A stretch of DNA of 64,000 nucleotides from the human T2T-CHM13v2.0 reference genome, Homo sapiens (GCF_009914755.1 NC_060926.1); one strand, 5' to 3'; positions 13,298 to 27,035 are shown, numbered from the stretch's first letter. The notes: a model not told the origin generated them from the letters alone. Translations and numbers: made by a program.

Positions 13298-15241
13298 TCA
13301 ATTTCACTGTGAAATATTTTATTATTCTTATTGACTCATTTGTTGAAGAATCTAAGATTAATTACCAAGTGACACACTCATTAATTCAATTTATTTTTTG
13401 TAAATGAAAGCACTGCTCTGGCTGGACCACAAACCGCATGTGCTCAGTGGTTGGCTGCCTTCATTTCAGCTGCATAAGATTGGTTGGATCCAGAGAGATT
13501 GTCCTCACTGATGCTCTGAGCCAGCCTTGAGGAACCACCACATCTGACCTCATTCTGTTTGCTGTGACAAGAGAGGGCAGAGTTTTGTGATATTGCTTTT
13601 GAAGACAATGTCATCAAGATACAAAAGCCATGGGAATAGTGTGTATGGTGTGTGTATACAAGGGAAATGGGGAAATGGTGTGGGATGTGAACACAAGTGT
13701 GTGTTTGTAAGGGGTGGAAGGAGGGAGAGAGAAAATGAAAACCATCACGTAGGGAGTGCCAGCTCTCTGCTAGGCACTCAGCTTTGTGTCTTACCTAAAT
13801 CACACACCATCCTCCCAATGTTGAAAGTATGTGATAACATCACCATATGATGGAGGGGGAAACTGACACTAAAAGCAGTGAAGAGACTTACACAAGGCTG
13901 CAGGTAATTCAGCCAACTCCCATGCTTGTCCATGCTCCTCTGCAGCTCACTGGGACATTTACTGTGAGCCTAAACCTGTATGAATGGTCAGGAGGGGGAT
14001 AAGTCTGAGAGATGGGGGCATGAAAGAGTGTGAATTCATTTTCCTTCATGGAACATCCTCACAGAGGAAAAGGGCTCAAACCTCCTGTTTACCTGTTAAG
14101 AGTTAAAGCCAAGGCTTAGCTGAAGTACTTAATGCAAGAACATGTCTTCACACTCTAAAGAGTCTAAAAACGTGAGTGTACAAAATGTGAGGTGATGACC
14201 TTAATAATTTTTAATCAGCATGCAATTATTTACAAGTTCAACTATTTACAAGTTCAGTTCAAAGCAATGTAGGACAATGCAGTGTGGAGATGACCCCATT
14301 CCCGCTGGAGAATGGATAGCCTGACTTTAAAGACAAAATCAAAAGAAAGTCCAGAGCAAGTCTAGATCTAAGGTTCCTCACACCATGATAATATATATCC
14401 ACAGGGTAAACAAGAGGCATCAGGAAAAGATTAGTTTATGTGAAGTAAAAGTCTCTTCTAAGAAGATGAGAAAGTGTTAATATATAGTAAAAACATTTTA
14501 ATCCCAAATAAAAATATATGGTTATATAGATGTAATAGACATGAATGTAATATACCTGAAATTTTAAGCTTCAGGTGAGAGGCACAAGATTGAGGAGAAA
14601 AGCCATGCATAGCCTTGAATTAAGAAGAAACAGTTGGTGTTCAGGCTTTCTCACTTGCTGGCCATAAATTCTTGGGCTTTTCCTATCTGTGCCATGCTTT
14701 CTCCCTCTATAATTAGGGAAAAACTGCTCCAATCCTGCTTCTCTCCTGCAGGATTGTAGTGAAGCTCAAATTAGAGACTGGTCACCTGTGTGTTTTATAA
14801 ATTCTAAGAATCACGATCATGGTCACCATCAGGAAAATCTGTCAATGAAGGCTGTAGAAAATAATTTTACGCTTGAAATAGAAGCACGATGTCACGGGTA
14901 ACTTTACTAGGGATTCCTTCCTCTGCCTGTTTTCAGGGTCCTCTCAATCCCAGGCAAGGAGTACTTTGCATTTTCGCTTTCACAAGCAATGTGTCTATAA
15001 GCATTTTGTGCACATGTTCTGTTACACACACGGACTTGCATTTCTTTAATGTACATGCCAGCGATTAAATTGCTGATGGATAGTGTTTACACATCTCTGG
15101 GCTTGATAAAGTGAAAGAGCTACTATCCCAGAGGTGTGGGTTCTTTCAGATGACTAGTGAGATGGCTACCCTACTCTAATGAGGGTCCCATTGTGGCCAC
15201 ACACCAATCAATTTCCCTGTAAGTCTTCCCTAGATGAGTTC

Positions 15242-15645
15242 TATTATTCCATTTTGCATTGCTATAAAGGAATACCTGAGACTGGGCAATCTGTAAGGAA
15301 AAGAGATTTATTTGACTTGTGGTTCTGCAGCCTGTACAGGGAGCATGGCACTGGCATCTTGCTTGGCTCTTAGTGAGGACTTCAGGAAGCTTTTACTCAC
15401 AGCAGAAGGCAACAGGAGCTGGTGTGTCACATGGAGACAGAGAGGGAGCAAGAGAGGGGGAGAAGTTACCACTCTTGAAGCAACCAGCTTTCACCTGAAC
15501 TAATAGAGTGAGAATGCGTTACCTCAGCACAAGTCATTCATGAGGGAGCCGCCCCCATGACTCAAATGTTTCCCATTAAGCCCTGCCTGCAACATTGCAG
15601 ATACATTTCAACAAGGGATTTGAAGAGGACAAATATAAAAACTGT
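15242..15645 (-). mobile_element. MSTB-like MaLR LTR
   Basis: CCATTTTGCATTGCTATAAAGGAATACCTGAGACTGGG...GAAGCTTTTACTCACAGCAGAAGGC...TTTCAACAAGGGATTTG. Confidence 0.85.
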
Positions 15646-17769
15646 TAGGAGTTTAAAGTTCCCAGGAACAAGAGAAATTTGGACCAGAAAGGAAGGCCTT
15701 AGATAAAAGATCAGGTAGAAAATTGGGCCAGGTAGGGAGGCCTTAGACAAAAAAGCAACATCTAGCTCTTTTTAGCCCTGCTTCTCCTAGATCTGGACTC
15801 CACAAGTTATGTGCATCTGGGCAAGGTGAGACAATAGCTTCACATGGGGCTGGGAAGGTCCTGATACTGGGTCCTTGTCACTGCTTGCATCACAGCTACC
15901 TCTTCACCATGAGTATGGGTGTCTCCCTGTCAGACTGAGAATGTCCAATAGGGGAAGTTCAGGGGATCATGCTTGTTTGGACCCACATTTTATCTTCATA
16001 TATCTCATTTTTCTGCTTCTTTCTCTGCATACTTTAGCTGGGATAGTGTTTGCTTATTCCAATTCTGCTGACTACGTATTTCCAGGCTTTATAATCCACA
16101 GTGGGAGAAAGCCTCCCTTAGTAAAGGCCTCCCTTCTCACTCTGCTTACACACTAATTGGTTGAAGACTTTTCTCTTTCCTCTAAGGCCTGACAGAATGC
16201 TGCAAGACAGCCAATACTTCTCTGAATTTTTAAACCACCTCCTCTAAGTCTACTGCTTTACAGGTACATGATCATCATTCCAAAGTAAGTATAAGGTTGA
16301 TACCACTAAAGGTTTTCAGATGCAAAACCGGGCACCTCTAACATCCCAGCCTGACCTAGAGGAGTCTTAGCATTCTTTTTCACCCACTCTAACCATTGAG
16401 CCAACTCTCCATTAGAGGGCCTTTTCTTTTAAAAATTCCCACTTCTTGAGGCCTAATTTTATATCAGTTAGGATTCTTTAGGAGGATGACTGTCCTCTCA
16501 TCCTCCTCCCAGCAGACACACACCACCTTTTAATTTTAATTAGTTTGTAATATCTCCTTTACTACTCTGTGATTGAGCTCATAGATAATTTAACCCATCC
16601 ATCATATAATTAAAAATATATCATGCCCTAAAAGTAGTATAGTGGAGAAATGAAAGGACAGTAATATATAATAGAAAGACATGCATGTATTAATATATAA
16701 ATGTTGTCTCATAATTGCACTAGAACACATGATTGAGTCATCAAGAGTTTCGACTGTGAGATAGAATCACCATGTGGTAATAAAAGCAGACTAATAGAAA
16801 CATATTTTGTTGGCAACTCAAGCTTCATAAGTGGCATTATCATTGGTAACCTGATCATCTGAAAAGGTGAACAAATCTTGAAAGTGTTTCAAACAAAAGC
16901 ACAATCTTCCCCTGATTTAAACAGTGGAAAATTCAGTGTGTATCAAAAGGGATACAAAGTAAAAACACTTAATGTATGTGCAAAATGGAGTTAGGCTCTA
17001 GGCTCAGATAATAAAGGAGTTTTTCACCTACCTGGAAGTCTAATGGGTCATTAAAAAATTGTGCAATATGAGGGAAGATTCTTTGTAATGCAGACTTATC
17101 CCACAAATTCCATCTCGCTTCTTGGTCTCCATATATTAAATGTCAGTAACATCCCCCACCCCCAATTATTTTGACAACAAAAGTATGTGTTTGATTTTTC
17201 AAGATGGTACTTATTAAAAAACATCTTCAGGTCAATTCAAACTGACTTAAATTTTGAAGGGGATTTTACATTTTTCTCTCAGTCCTTCCCTGTGCAATAG
17301 TTTCAACCTTTACAAGATGGCTGCAACAGTTCTGGGACTCTGATCAAAACCTTGTCCAGAGAGAGAGAAACACCATCTCTTCTGGTGGCTTTCTAGAGTG
17401 AAGAAATTTCTTTTGCAGAAACATCAGGAAGTATGTTTCAGGTCTCACTGGATCAAGATGTAGCCTTACAATTTCTGAGTCCATCAGGGGAATTACTTGA
17501 ACCAATCACACCCACTCTGGGAACTGAGTAAGGTCAGCTATCTTAAAGCACAGAAGTGGATGGGGAATGGGTGGATATCAAAATAAAAGTCAGGAATGAA
17601 GGGAGAAGGAGATTCCAGATAGGCAAGCAAAAATATCCCCTGTATATTTGCAAAGCTGAAGGTTGACTTTATTCAGGGAGATTCCAGGTTTGTTTGTACC
17701 ATGGAGGACCACCTGGGCCAGAAGTTACACATACATGGTATGTGATGGATTCCTAAAGCGTAGTTAGAG

Positions 17770-17970
17770 TAGCTGGGAATGGGAGCTAGGGGCCCGGGAA
17801 AGGAGGAGGCGGGTGCCGCAAGCGCAAGTCCCGACGAGCTGCCTCATAAAAGGATCAAAGCTTTGTGAGATCCCTCTGCCAAAGCTCTTGCAGCCTGTGA
17901 CAGGAACCCAGTGAAAGATGGGTGGGAGTGGAAATTGAAAGAGACCCCTTCATAATTTCCTGAGGAAACT
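17770..17970 (+). promoter_or_regulatory. Small CpG-retaining regulatory module (GC box, CATAAAA, TCF/LEF, ISRE-like)
   Basis: 6 CpGs in 17795-17836; GGAGGCGGG 17805-17813; TCATAAAA 17844-17851; GATCAAAG 17853-17860; GGAAATTGAAA 17930-17940. Confidence 0.5.
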
Positions 17971-20739
17971 CACCTGTTTGGCAATGACTTTGCTCTGCAA
18001 GTTTTCCTTTTGCATCCACATGTCTTCATTAACTCTGAACTCACAGGAAAGTGTGATGGTTGTGAAATGGAAAAGCTACTCTTGGCAGACGCAGGTACCT
18101 CAAATTCAAAAGGAGAGGTTATGCAGTACTATCTGGCACCCACATGACCATTTTCCTCTCCTTTTCCTCCTGCTCTCAGGTGCATCTCTGGTCCTATCCA
18201 TCTCATCTATACAGTACCTCACAACCAATCTTATCATTATTCCTGCTGTTGCCTTCACATCTCTCCACACTCCCACTGCAGCATCTGTCTTCAGCCTGTT
18301 TCCTCCAATCCCTTCTGCTTGTTATGACACAGACATAAACATCTTATCTTAAAACAAAGCTCACACCCCTCACTTCCTCAAACACTTTCCAGTGAGTATC
18401 CATTGACTACAGAATGAAATACTAATCCTAGCCCTTAATGTCTATAGTCCTGCCAAACCCAGTAGAGCTCTACATGCTGGTCAGCAGTTTGACAAACCTT
18501 TTGTATTGTGTTTCTGCTCTATACTGGGCATTGGGCAAGGTGTAAGAACTGCTAAACATGATTTTTCACACTCTTCTTTGTAAAAGTTATATTTCAAGTC
18601 AGGTCATTTCTAGCCATCAAAGCCTGTGGAGTATGGTCTCCCCTTAGAGTGCTTGGGTTGCATTTCTCTCATGACTCATGCATTGTGGTCCTTTTTAGTC
18701 TTGACTAATATCCCAACACCTTAGACTATGACTCAGTCATAGCTGAGTCCCCTCATCTCCCTCTCATGATCCTAGTATCTGGCTCAATTTGTGGTAAGAA
18801 GTGTGTATATGCACTGAGTATCTCCTGTAGTTCTGGAACTATGGTAAAATATCATACTCTGGGACTATCACCAAGTGTTCCACTCCTCTGGACTCTACCC
18901 TGTTGAAAGCAGAAGAAATTGATTGTCCTCATTGCATACACATTCTATTTTTAATCAGTTATTTTTCAATGTTGAAGAGTGTTGCTGATTTTTTTAATGT
19001 TGAACTTTTTTTCACAGAAAATTAAGCTCTTACACTCTTGTACTATTCTTTTGTTGTTCATTGTAGATTTGAAAACCATAATGCTACCAACCTCAGATAT
19101 TTTGGCGTGTGTCCTTCAAGCTTTTGCTCCTAATAGTTCAGAACTGCATACAGAATAAACATTTGTAATCTTGCCTTATTTGGCGTTATGCCATAATTTT
19201 CCTGGCCACAATATTTTGTGGCCACAGTATTTTACTCCCTGTCCTTTTTGCTGCCATAAGCAACAGTGTGATGAACATCTTCACATACAAAAGCCTTTCT
19301 TACTTTTATGACTACTTCTCAACGATATAATTCCAGAATTGAAATTTGCTGGGGCAAAAGAGTATAAGAACATTAAGACTCTAAATTCAGAACTTGGCTT
19401 TTCTTTTCAATACATGTTTGAAGGAATGAGTAAAGGTGGCTGCTTAGCATAGATCTAAAAGAGAGCCTCCCAGTTTCACCATCCTAGCCTAATTTGTTTC
19501 ATGACTATGTTAATGTTTGTCTTTGCCTTCTTCTCAATTTCAGAAAAAGACACAAAACACTGAAACTGGATTCAGTGCCAGCCCCCACTCCTCTTTTACT
19601 TATAAAGTGTGCTTTCTTGATGTGAGAGGGTGAGAACTTTAAATCTCTCTTTGGAAAAACATGCAATGAAACTGGAGATGGTGGGACCCCACACCCAGGG
19701 CCATCTTTGAATGGATGTGTTTTTCCAGTGCTTTGGGGGCATTGAAAGCTTCAGCAAAATAAAATCAAGACCAACTTCACAGAGTTCATGTTCTTAGCCA
19801 AAAGAACCTCACTTTCTCTATTACTGGGGTAGATATATGCAGATGCAAAACACAGACAGCCTGTCCTTACTTTGAGTTTTGAAACAGTGATTTCTGTTGA
19901 AGGTCATTTGGCTTAGAGAGAAAAAAAGACTGATATTTGGCAGGGAGGAAGGTGAGGCTGGTGCATCACTGCCAAGGACCTTCCATATGGGTGGCCTGGG
20001 AGAGCTTCCACCTGGCCACAGAACAGGTCATGGCCCAGGTTAATGAGGAAGAAAGAATGAGGAGGAGAACAGTTTGATTAAAATGAAAAGAAGAAATGTA
20101 TTCTCTCAATCCTCTGCATTTTAAAATTAGAGTCCTCCTAAACAAATTTTTAAAATGATTAAAAATCAACTGGATTTTTGAGGTAATGTATCCTATTCTG
20201 TTTACACAGTCCTCCTGAGAAGAGTGTCTTCATTCTAAAAGTGGGATGTTTGAGGGGGGAGTCATCAGCTACACCTCAGATTCGTGAAAGGATCTAGGGC
20301 CAATTGGTGACCTCTCCAGGTCTAAGTGTCTTCAGTTTACCTACTTCAGGAGGAGTTAGAGTAGGAAAGAGAATCCTCCTTCAGCCCACACACCACCAAG
20401 CAGAAGACTGTCTCGGAAGTGAAAGTGTGGAAGGTGGGATGATGCCTTTGTCTGATCTGAAGGCTCAAGGAAGTGCATGCGTCTGTCCCCTGGGTCTGAC
20501 CTCGTCAGACTCTGATGTGTATTTATCCAACTACTTTCAACATCTCCAGAACCCATCTTTTCTCCTAGAATGGCTTTTCCTTTTGCCTTCTTCATATGAG
20601 TTGATCACTTTAAGAAGCACCTCTTGACGCAACCCAGAAACCTGGGTACTGCCAACCTCCTCCTCATGCACAGCTTGTCAGCTCTCTCTTCCTAACACCT
20701 TTGCCTCCTCTTCTTCTGGTCACCTAGCTCAGTCTGCTT

Positions 20740-21350
20740 CATTTCTTTACAAAAATCCCCTACTTGGTTTCTCTTCTCCAGTTTCTTCCCAGCTTCATTT
20801 CCCCATGCTCCATCCCGCCCTCATTCTCCCATCTATTGCCCCAACTAGGGCCAGAGTGATCTCCCTAAAATCTCATCAGATTACTGCTGTGCTTAAAATA
20901 TTTCAGGAGCTTCTCAGCATTCTCAGGAAGGAGGTCAACGCTCATAGCACAGTAAGCAGAGTCCTTTGGTTTCTCAAGTTCTTTACATTCCACCTCAAAT
21001 TCTATGCTCTGCACATAATGTATTCTCCAAATATATCAGGTGCTTTCAAACCTCTGTCTTTTGAAATAGGCACTGCTTCTGCCTGGAATGCCCTTCTTTC
21101 ATGCTTTTTCACTTAACTAAGTCCACCGCCAGACTTACCCAACATGCCAGTTGTGTGCTGATCCCAAAACTCCCTGTACATATCCCTGTGATAGCATTTA
21201 TCAACCTGTGTTGTCATGACTAGTCTCTAGGCCTAGCTTCCTCACTGTACTGTGTTCCTTGAGGCTATTAGTCATTTCCTTCACATCTGTATCTCCTAAG
21301 AACCTATGGTTATAGGCATGTAATACAAATGTAGTATATCAAATGAAGGA
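20740..21350 (+). mobile_element. L2 LINE fragment
   Basis: GCCAGAGTGATCTCCCTAAAA, TCTGCCTGGAATGCCCTT and TCTGTATCTCC are L2 3' motifs. Confidence 0.6.
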
Positions 21351-21562
21351 ATTGACTGTTAAGATAAACAGTGGAGAAGAATTTTGTGCTCTCAGCTCTT
21401 TGGCTGAATGATATTACTTGGGCTGCAAGTTCTGTTTATAGGAATACACTTCCCTAAGTTTTGTAGGTATTTAAAAGCTGGGAATAGTGTGTGTGTGTGT
21501 GCACATGTGACTGTGTAATTGTGCATCTTAGGTTGTGTTGATTATGGACATTATCAGGGGAA

Positions 21563-21852
21563 TTTTTTTTTTTTTTGGAGACAGAATCTCACTCTGTCAC
21601 CTAAGCTGGAGTGCAGTGGCTCCATCTCAGCTCGCTGCAACCTCTGCCTTCTGGGTTCCAACGATTCTTGTGCCTCAAACTCTAGAGTAGCTGGGATTAC
21701 ACCACCACACCCAGCTAATTTTTGTATTTTTAGTAGAGACAAGGTTTTGCCATGTTGGCTAGGCTGGTCTTGAACTCCTGACCTCAAGTGATCCCCCTGC
21801 CTCGGCCTCCCAAAGTGCTGGGATTACAGGTGTGAGCCACCATGTGCGGTCC
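21563..21852 (-). mobile_element. AluS (Sz/Sx-like)
   Basis: Poly-T then reverse Alu ending CCCAAAGTGCTGGGATTACAGGTGTGAGCCACC. Confidence 0.95.
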
Positions 21853-23826
21853 AGGATATTCTTATAATAGAGCGTTTAGGAAACAGAGACGAATGTTTCA
21901 TGATGAACACGTTTTCTATGAAAGGATAGCTCTTCCTATGGAACATGCTCAATTCAAATACAGTAGCTTCAGAATGAAGAATTTTGAGTTGTAACCTGAG
22001 CCCATTGATGAATGTGATCTGATGCACTAAGTAGTATCAATTTGCAGTTTCATTTGAATAGGTCCTACCTGTTACATGAATTAATATTTAGACTCCCAGG
22101 ATGACTTCTCCAATATTAGATATTTAACAATTCAATTAATCACTCCCAAATGAAGCATTCTAATTGATTGTTTTTCAGTCTCTGTTGGTGATAAAGATAA
22201 TGGATGTTTTTGTGGAGTAAATTGGCGTCTTTGCTTAATATTTGTTTCTCGATGTCATTGCCCAGCAAATAAATGGTGAAGTGTAGTTCTATAAATAGCA
22301 TGATGGTTGGCAGATGAAAAAAAAATAGCTGTGTTTCCTGACACTGCAAATTTCACACTGTTTTAATTACCACAAACGTTCACTCCTATCTCAGAGAGCT
22401 GAGCAGGAAACTAGGAAGAACCAAGCATCCGTAGATGCTGCTGCAATGGGAAGCCTGGGATGTAGAGACCTCAGTGTGGCCAGGGTCTCTATGACATCCT
22501 CTGTTGGAGGTAAATGTGGGCCCCTGGAGAATCAGCCAGGTGTAATGGAAATTCGTCCTGCTATGTGCTATTGCTGCTATGCAAAAAGGAGAGACACCTG
22601 ACTCCCTAAAAGAAACTTGAAGACGCAGAAAAATAAAAGCACAGAGGGTTGGGATTTTGCTCTTCAGGCAAACACCTACACACTTTCACAGTTCACAATT
22701 TAGACAGTGTTAGAAAAATAACAAGGGTAAGGTAACCTTAAGATATTTTCTGAATGCTAGACTTTCTGTCTCCCTCCACAGAGTATTAAGTCCTTTTCTC
22801 TGAAGTGGTCAAAATCTCTTTCCGCTTCCTCGACAATCACCTGTTTTCCTTCCCACTTCTCCCACTCTGCCCCATTGCCTGGAGCCATCTCTCTCCTCTT
22901 TCCTGAACCCTGGAATCTTTCTGGCTCTCCTGAAATCCCACTTCCACATCAGAATGGTGTGAAAATGTATTTGCTCCAGCACTAAAGATCCTATTCTTGG
23001 GCCTCTGGCAGATTTTAAATTTGGGGCGAGAAATCTCTGGCTCAAGTCCAGAAATCTTTACAATACTTTGAAGTAATGGAAAAAGCATGCACGGGCACAG
23101 GCACAGATAATTTACTCCAACCTCCTATACACTTTTTCCCTTGTGAGGATAAATCTCATTGGATTTAGACCCAATCATACTGGAAATGACAGTAGCTTAT
23201 GATTATTCAGAGAGGTTTCAAAGCTTAAGTAGGTGGTAGAGAAGGGAAAATCTTCACTTTCCATAATGATAAAGATGTAAGTTTTTACAAAGGGTAGAAG
23301 GTGGGCCTCCAAAGTTTGGAAAGGATGAGTTTTGCAAGGAGGGTTTGGCAAGGACCTAAGGACCCAGCCAGGGCATCAGCTCCACAGACAGAGAGGAAGA
23401 AGCCCTTTTCACCTAGCAAGAATAGGCATTCAATGAATATTCATTGATTAAACAAATGAATGCCCAGACTACACAAATGTCAGAAAAGGGTGCAGTGTGG
23501 ATTTAAAACAACATTACTCAAAGTTTTAATTGAAAGTAAGCTTAATAAAAGTCACCAATCACCAATGTAATACAACAGTCAAGGCCCCTACCATGATAGC
23601 ATGCTTCAGGACCAGAGAAATGCTGTCTATACTGAAGTTCTCTGGGTCCTACTCAGCTCTGTGCTCATCGATAAGTTTAAGTATCACGATTAACATGGTG
23701 TAGAAGACATGTTCTCAGAGGTCCAGGAGGTCAACTCTAAGACTGCATCAGTGGAAGTTACAGCTGCACAGACATCAGCTTGATATCAAGAATTGCATAC
23801 GGAAGCTGAACAGTCACAGCGTGGAC

Positions 23827-24541
23827 TGTTCTGGTTATCAATTTATTGTCTCTTAGTTCGAAATACCCACTTTTTGCCTGCCCTGTGAAAATGGAGCTGA
23901 ACCCTTTAAATATTTATCTTTTGTTAAAGGAAATGGAGGCTAAGTTTTACCATTAAAGATCTGTGGAGAGAGGCTGTAGGAGAAAAGTCTTTTGTTTCCT
24001 GGTCCCTGTCTGCTTGCTCAGTAGGTCCGTGCCATGCACACAGCTTCCCCAGGACCATCTCCTGCCTTCAGGGTGGCTTTCACAGCAGCAGTCTCCTATG
24101 GCATGCAAAGCTTTTGCAGTGCATGGAGGCCAGCAGCACCCAGGGCTAGCACCCCATGGTACTCCCAGCCTCAGATGTGTTTATAGCAAATTGTCTCTCA
24201 TGAAACACTTTTCCTTGAGCAGCTTCCCCTTGCACCCAAGAGGGCAGGCTTCCAGCAAGTTTTGCTGGTGTGGCAACACAATGGCTTCTCTTCCGTCTTG
24301 TGAGCACTGGCCTCTCCAATAAGGTCTGGACCTCAGTCCTGAGGAACCTCTTGCTTGGGTGCTCTACCTTAGTCTCAGGTGTAGTGACTCCTCTTTGTGT
24401 TTGCTCTTCCTATATTCTCTGATGCTCCCTTTACTTCTAACTAGACAGTCCCTCACTGTAGTTGATAAGTTCTTATTTTAGATATTCCCTGTTTAAATTG
24501 CTGTGTGATTTTCCTCTACTGATTGGACCCTGACTGATACA
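23827..24541 (+). mobile_element. LTR41-like ERVL solo LTR
   Basis: Start TGTTCTGGTTATCAATTTATTGTCTCTTAG...CTGTGAAAATGGAGCTGAACCCTTTAAATATT and end GATTGGACCCTGACTGATACA match the LTR41 family as recalled. Confidence 0.75.
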
Positions 24542-25839
24542 CCCAGCTACTGCACTGGGTACTGAGGAATGACTAGAATTTGGATAAGCAAAGAGGAAGG
24601 AGAATGGGAGATTTCAGCTAGAACAAGAGCATTGAGATTCATGTTTTTCATATTTATATTACTTTCTTAAGGATGAAAGATGATCGTTAAATATTCTGAA
24701 TCTGATTATAAATTCCTTGAGGCAAAAACTATGTCTGATTCTTCCACAAGGTGTATAATATTGGAATGCTTGATGAAAGATCAAAATCTTGTGGTCACTG
24801 GCTGGTCAATCAATTTAACCATAACTGAGACTGGAGGAGAAAAACGTCATTGCAGCACTTCAGAGAGAATAATAAATTAATAATAAAATAATGATAATAA
24901 TGTTAGAAAAAATATTGAGTGAATATTATGTGCCAGGCTTTATATTACTGAGCGCATATGTAAGGACTTGCAAAACATCTATAAGGTAAATATAATTATT
25001 ATACCTGAAGCACTGAAAGGTTGGGCAGCTTGACTATGTTCAGAAAACTAATAAATGGCCAAGGCAGGTTTTAAACCAAAGCCGCCTGGTTCCAGAGCCA
25101 CTAGGCTCACTACACAATATGATTTCCCAACAATGACCCACTCCTAGGTCACACTACACAATACTATTTCCCAACTATGCTTAGTGTTGTGGTTATAACC
25201 CCACAGCAATAAAGATCTCTTCTTTCAAATTCTAGGAAAGCAGAAGATGGTGATCTTTGTACATTAATGCAGAGCCCTTTTTCTTGATGTTTTCCATTGA
25301 GATTTTTAAAAAGGAAGAATTTCAAAATGCTCCTTTCAAATATTGGGTGCGGGTACTGACATGCTCTGTATATTAACGGATGTACCTTCTTATAAAAAGT
25401 TATATGTCCCTGGGCTCCTACCCTCCAGGGTATTTACTCTTTAGTCCCATTTTTAAGGGATTGCAGCTGTGAATGTTTGGGGTCCATTGAAGAGATTCAG
25501 AGAGCAACAGACAGAGCTCATATCTGGAGAAAAATTTCCTACAAATGTTAGATCTCCTGAAATGGCCTCTTCTCGTTACCTTCAAGATCTGCTCTGATTT
25601 CCTTGTCATGTGCTGAAGTCACTGTAAATATGCACTGGCTCACACCCAAGTTTTTCATCTCCACATTTCCTTTCTTTTCTTTTTTCTTTTTTTTGAGACA
25701 CGATGTGCTTTTAATCTAGAAGTTTTCGAATCTAGGCCCCTTCTCCTACCTGGATAGGAATGCTACCCAGGATCCCACCTGGGTGACTGACACTTTATGA
25801 TTGCTTTGAACTATAAAAATACCGATGATATTGTTTCTT

Positions 25840-26170
25840 CCACCTGAAATGTTTCTTTTCTCCCCTCCATCTTATCTGGCATGATCACACTCAAATAGGA
25901 TGTTCTTTATGAGGACTTTCCCAGCCCCTCAGAAGAATTAGAGTTCTCTGCTGTGCTCTAGAACACTTGGCTGTCGTCTCTCTATTAGACGTCATTAGGT
26001 TGTGCTGGAAATGAAACAGGCCTGCCTCCCCTTCAGACCAGAAGCTCTTGGAAGGTGGAAGACTATCTCATATCCCTATCTGCTTTGCAATGGCCTGACA
26101 TTATGACTAGGACTAAGTAGGTGCTCAATAAATATCTCTTACTTTAATAAATAGATGAATAAGTGAATTA
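25840..26170 (+). mobile_element. L2 3' end
   Basis: AAGTAGGTGCTCAATAAATATCTC...GATGAATAAGTGAAT L2 terminus. Confidence 0.6.
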
Positions 26171-26937
26171 ATTGGGGCCTTTTACAACACAAACAAAATT
26201 TGTGGACCTGGGAAAACTATGTCACTTACTTTAACCTTAGTTTAACCATCTTTAAAATGAGCCAATGTGATCAGATGATCTCAAAGTCCCTTCAAATTCT
26301 GTCATCTTGTAGGCATGTAATTCAGTAAGTATTTCTATATATTGCCTCTGAGTTTGACTAAGAAACTTCCATATACATCCAAAGCTTGTTCATTATTCCA
26401 AATGTTATGTACAACATCAACTCCAAATATCTCAGGTAGAGGACTTATGTTAGTGTAAGAGAAAAGTCACATTAATCATTTAAGCATCCTTTTGATCATT
26501 CGGCTTCATTAGCCACAGCTTTGGAAGTCTGGACAGCAATCTATAAATTTGAGACCGGGTGAAATTAGCTTATTTGATGCTGTTATAAAACACCTCCAAC
26601 ATGTCTTCTTCTACACTTTCATTGAGAAATGCAGTGAGGGACCAATTGTTCTTTTGCTATTCTTATCTAAGTTTTTGGTGTAGAGAGCTTTAACCTACAA
26701 AATCTAATTAAATCCCCCTCTTTTTTTGGGTCAGATCTGAGCCTAAGAGAAGAGAGAAAAGAAGAAGGCCTTGAGACATTTGTACACAAATCCAAATGAC
26801 AATTTTAGGAGGAAATACAATTGTCAGGGAGGCTGCATTCTCAGGGACTTCTGTATGTTGCCATACCTAGAGCAGGCAGCCCAGACCTCCTTAAGTCCTG
26901 GGACCTTTAGCACAATTGAAATTACATCTCTGAAGAT

Positions 26938-27026
26938 TCTTTTTCTTTTCTTTTTTTCTTTTCTTTTCTTTTCTTTTTTCTTTTCTCTTCTCTTCTTTTC
27001 CTTTCCTTTCCTTTTCTTTCTTTCTT

Positions 27027-27035
<9 letters not shown>
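26938..27035. repeat. (TTTC/TTTTC)n polypyrimidine tract from an Alu tail
   Basis: About 95 nt of only C/T directly abutting a reverse Alu. Confidence 0.9.

Noticed and set aside
19203-19224. Palindrome TGGCCACAA-TATT-TTGTGGCCA
   Set aside because: 9-bp arms inside degraded L1-like sequence and part of a short tandem duplication; within chance expectation.
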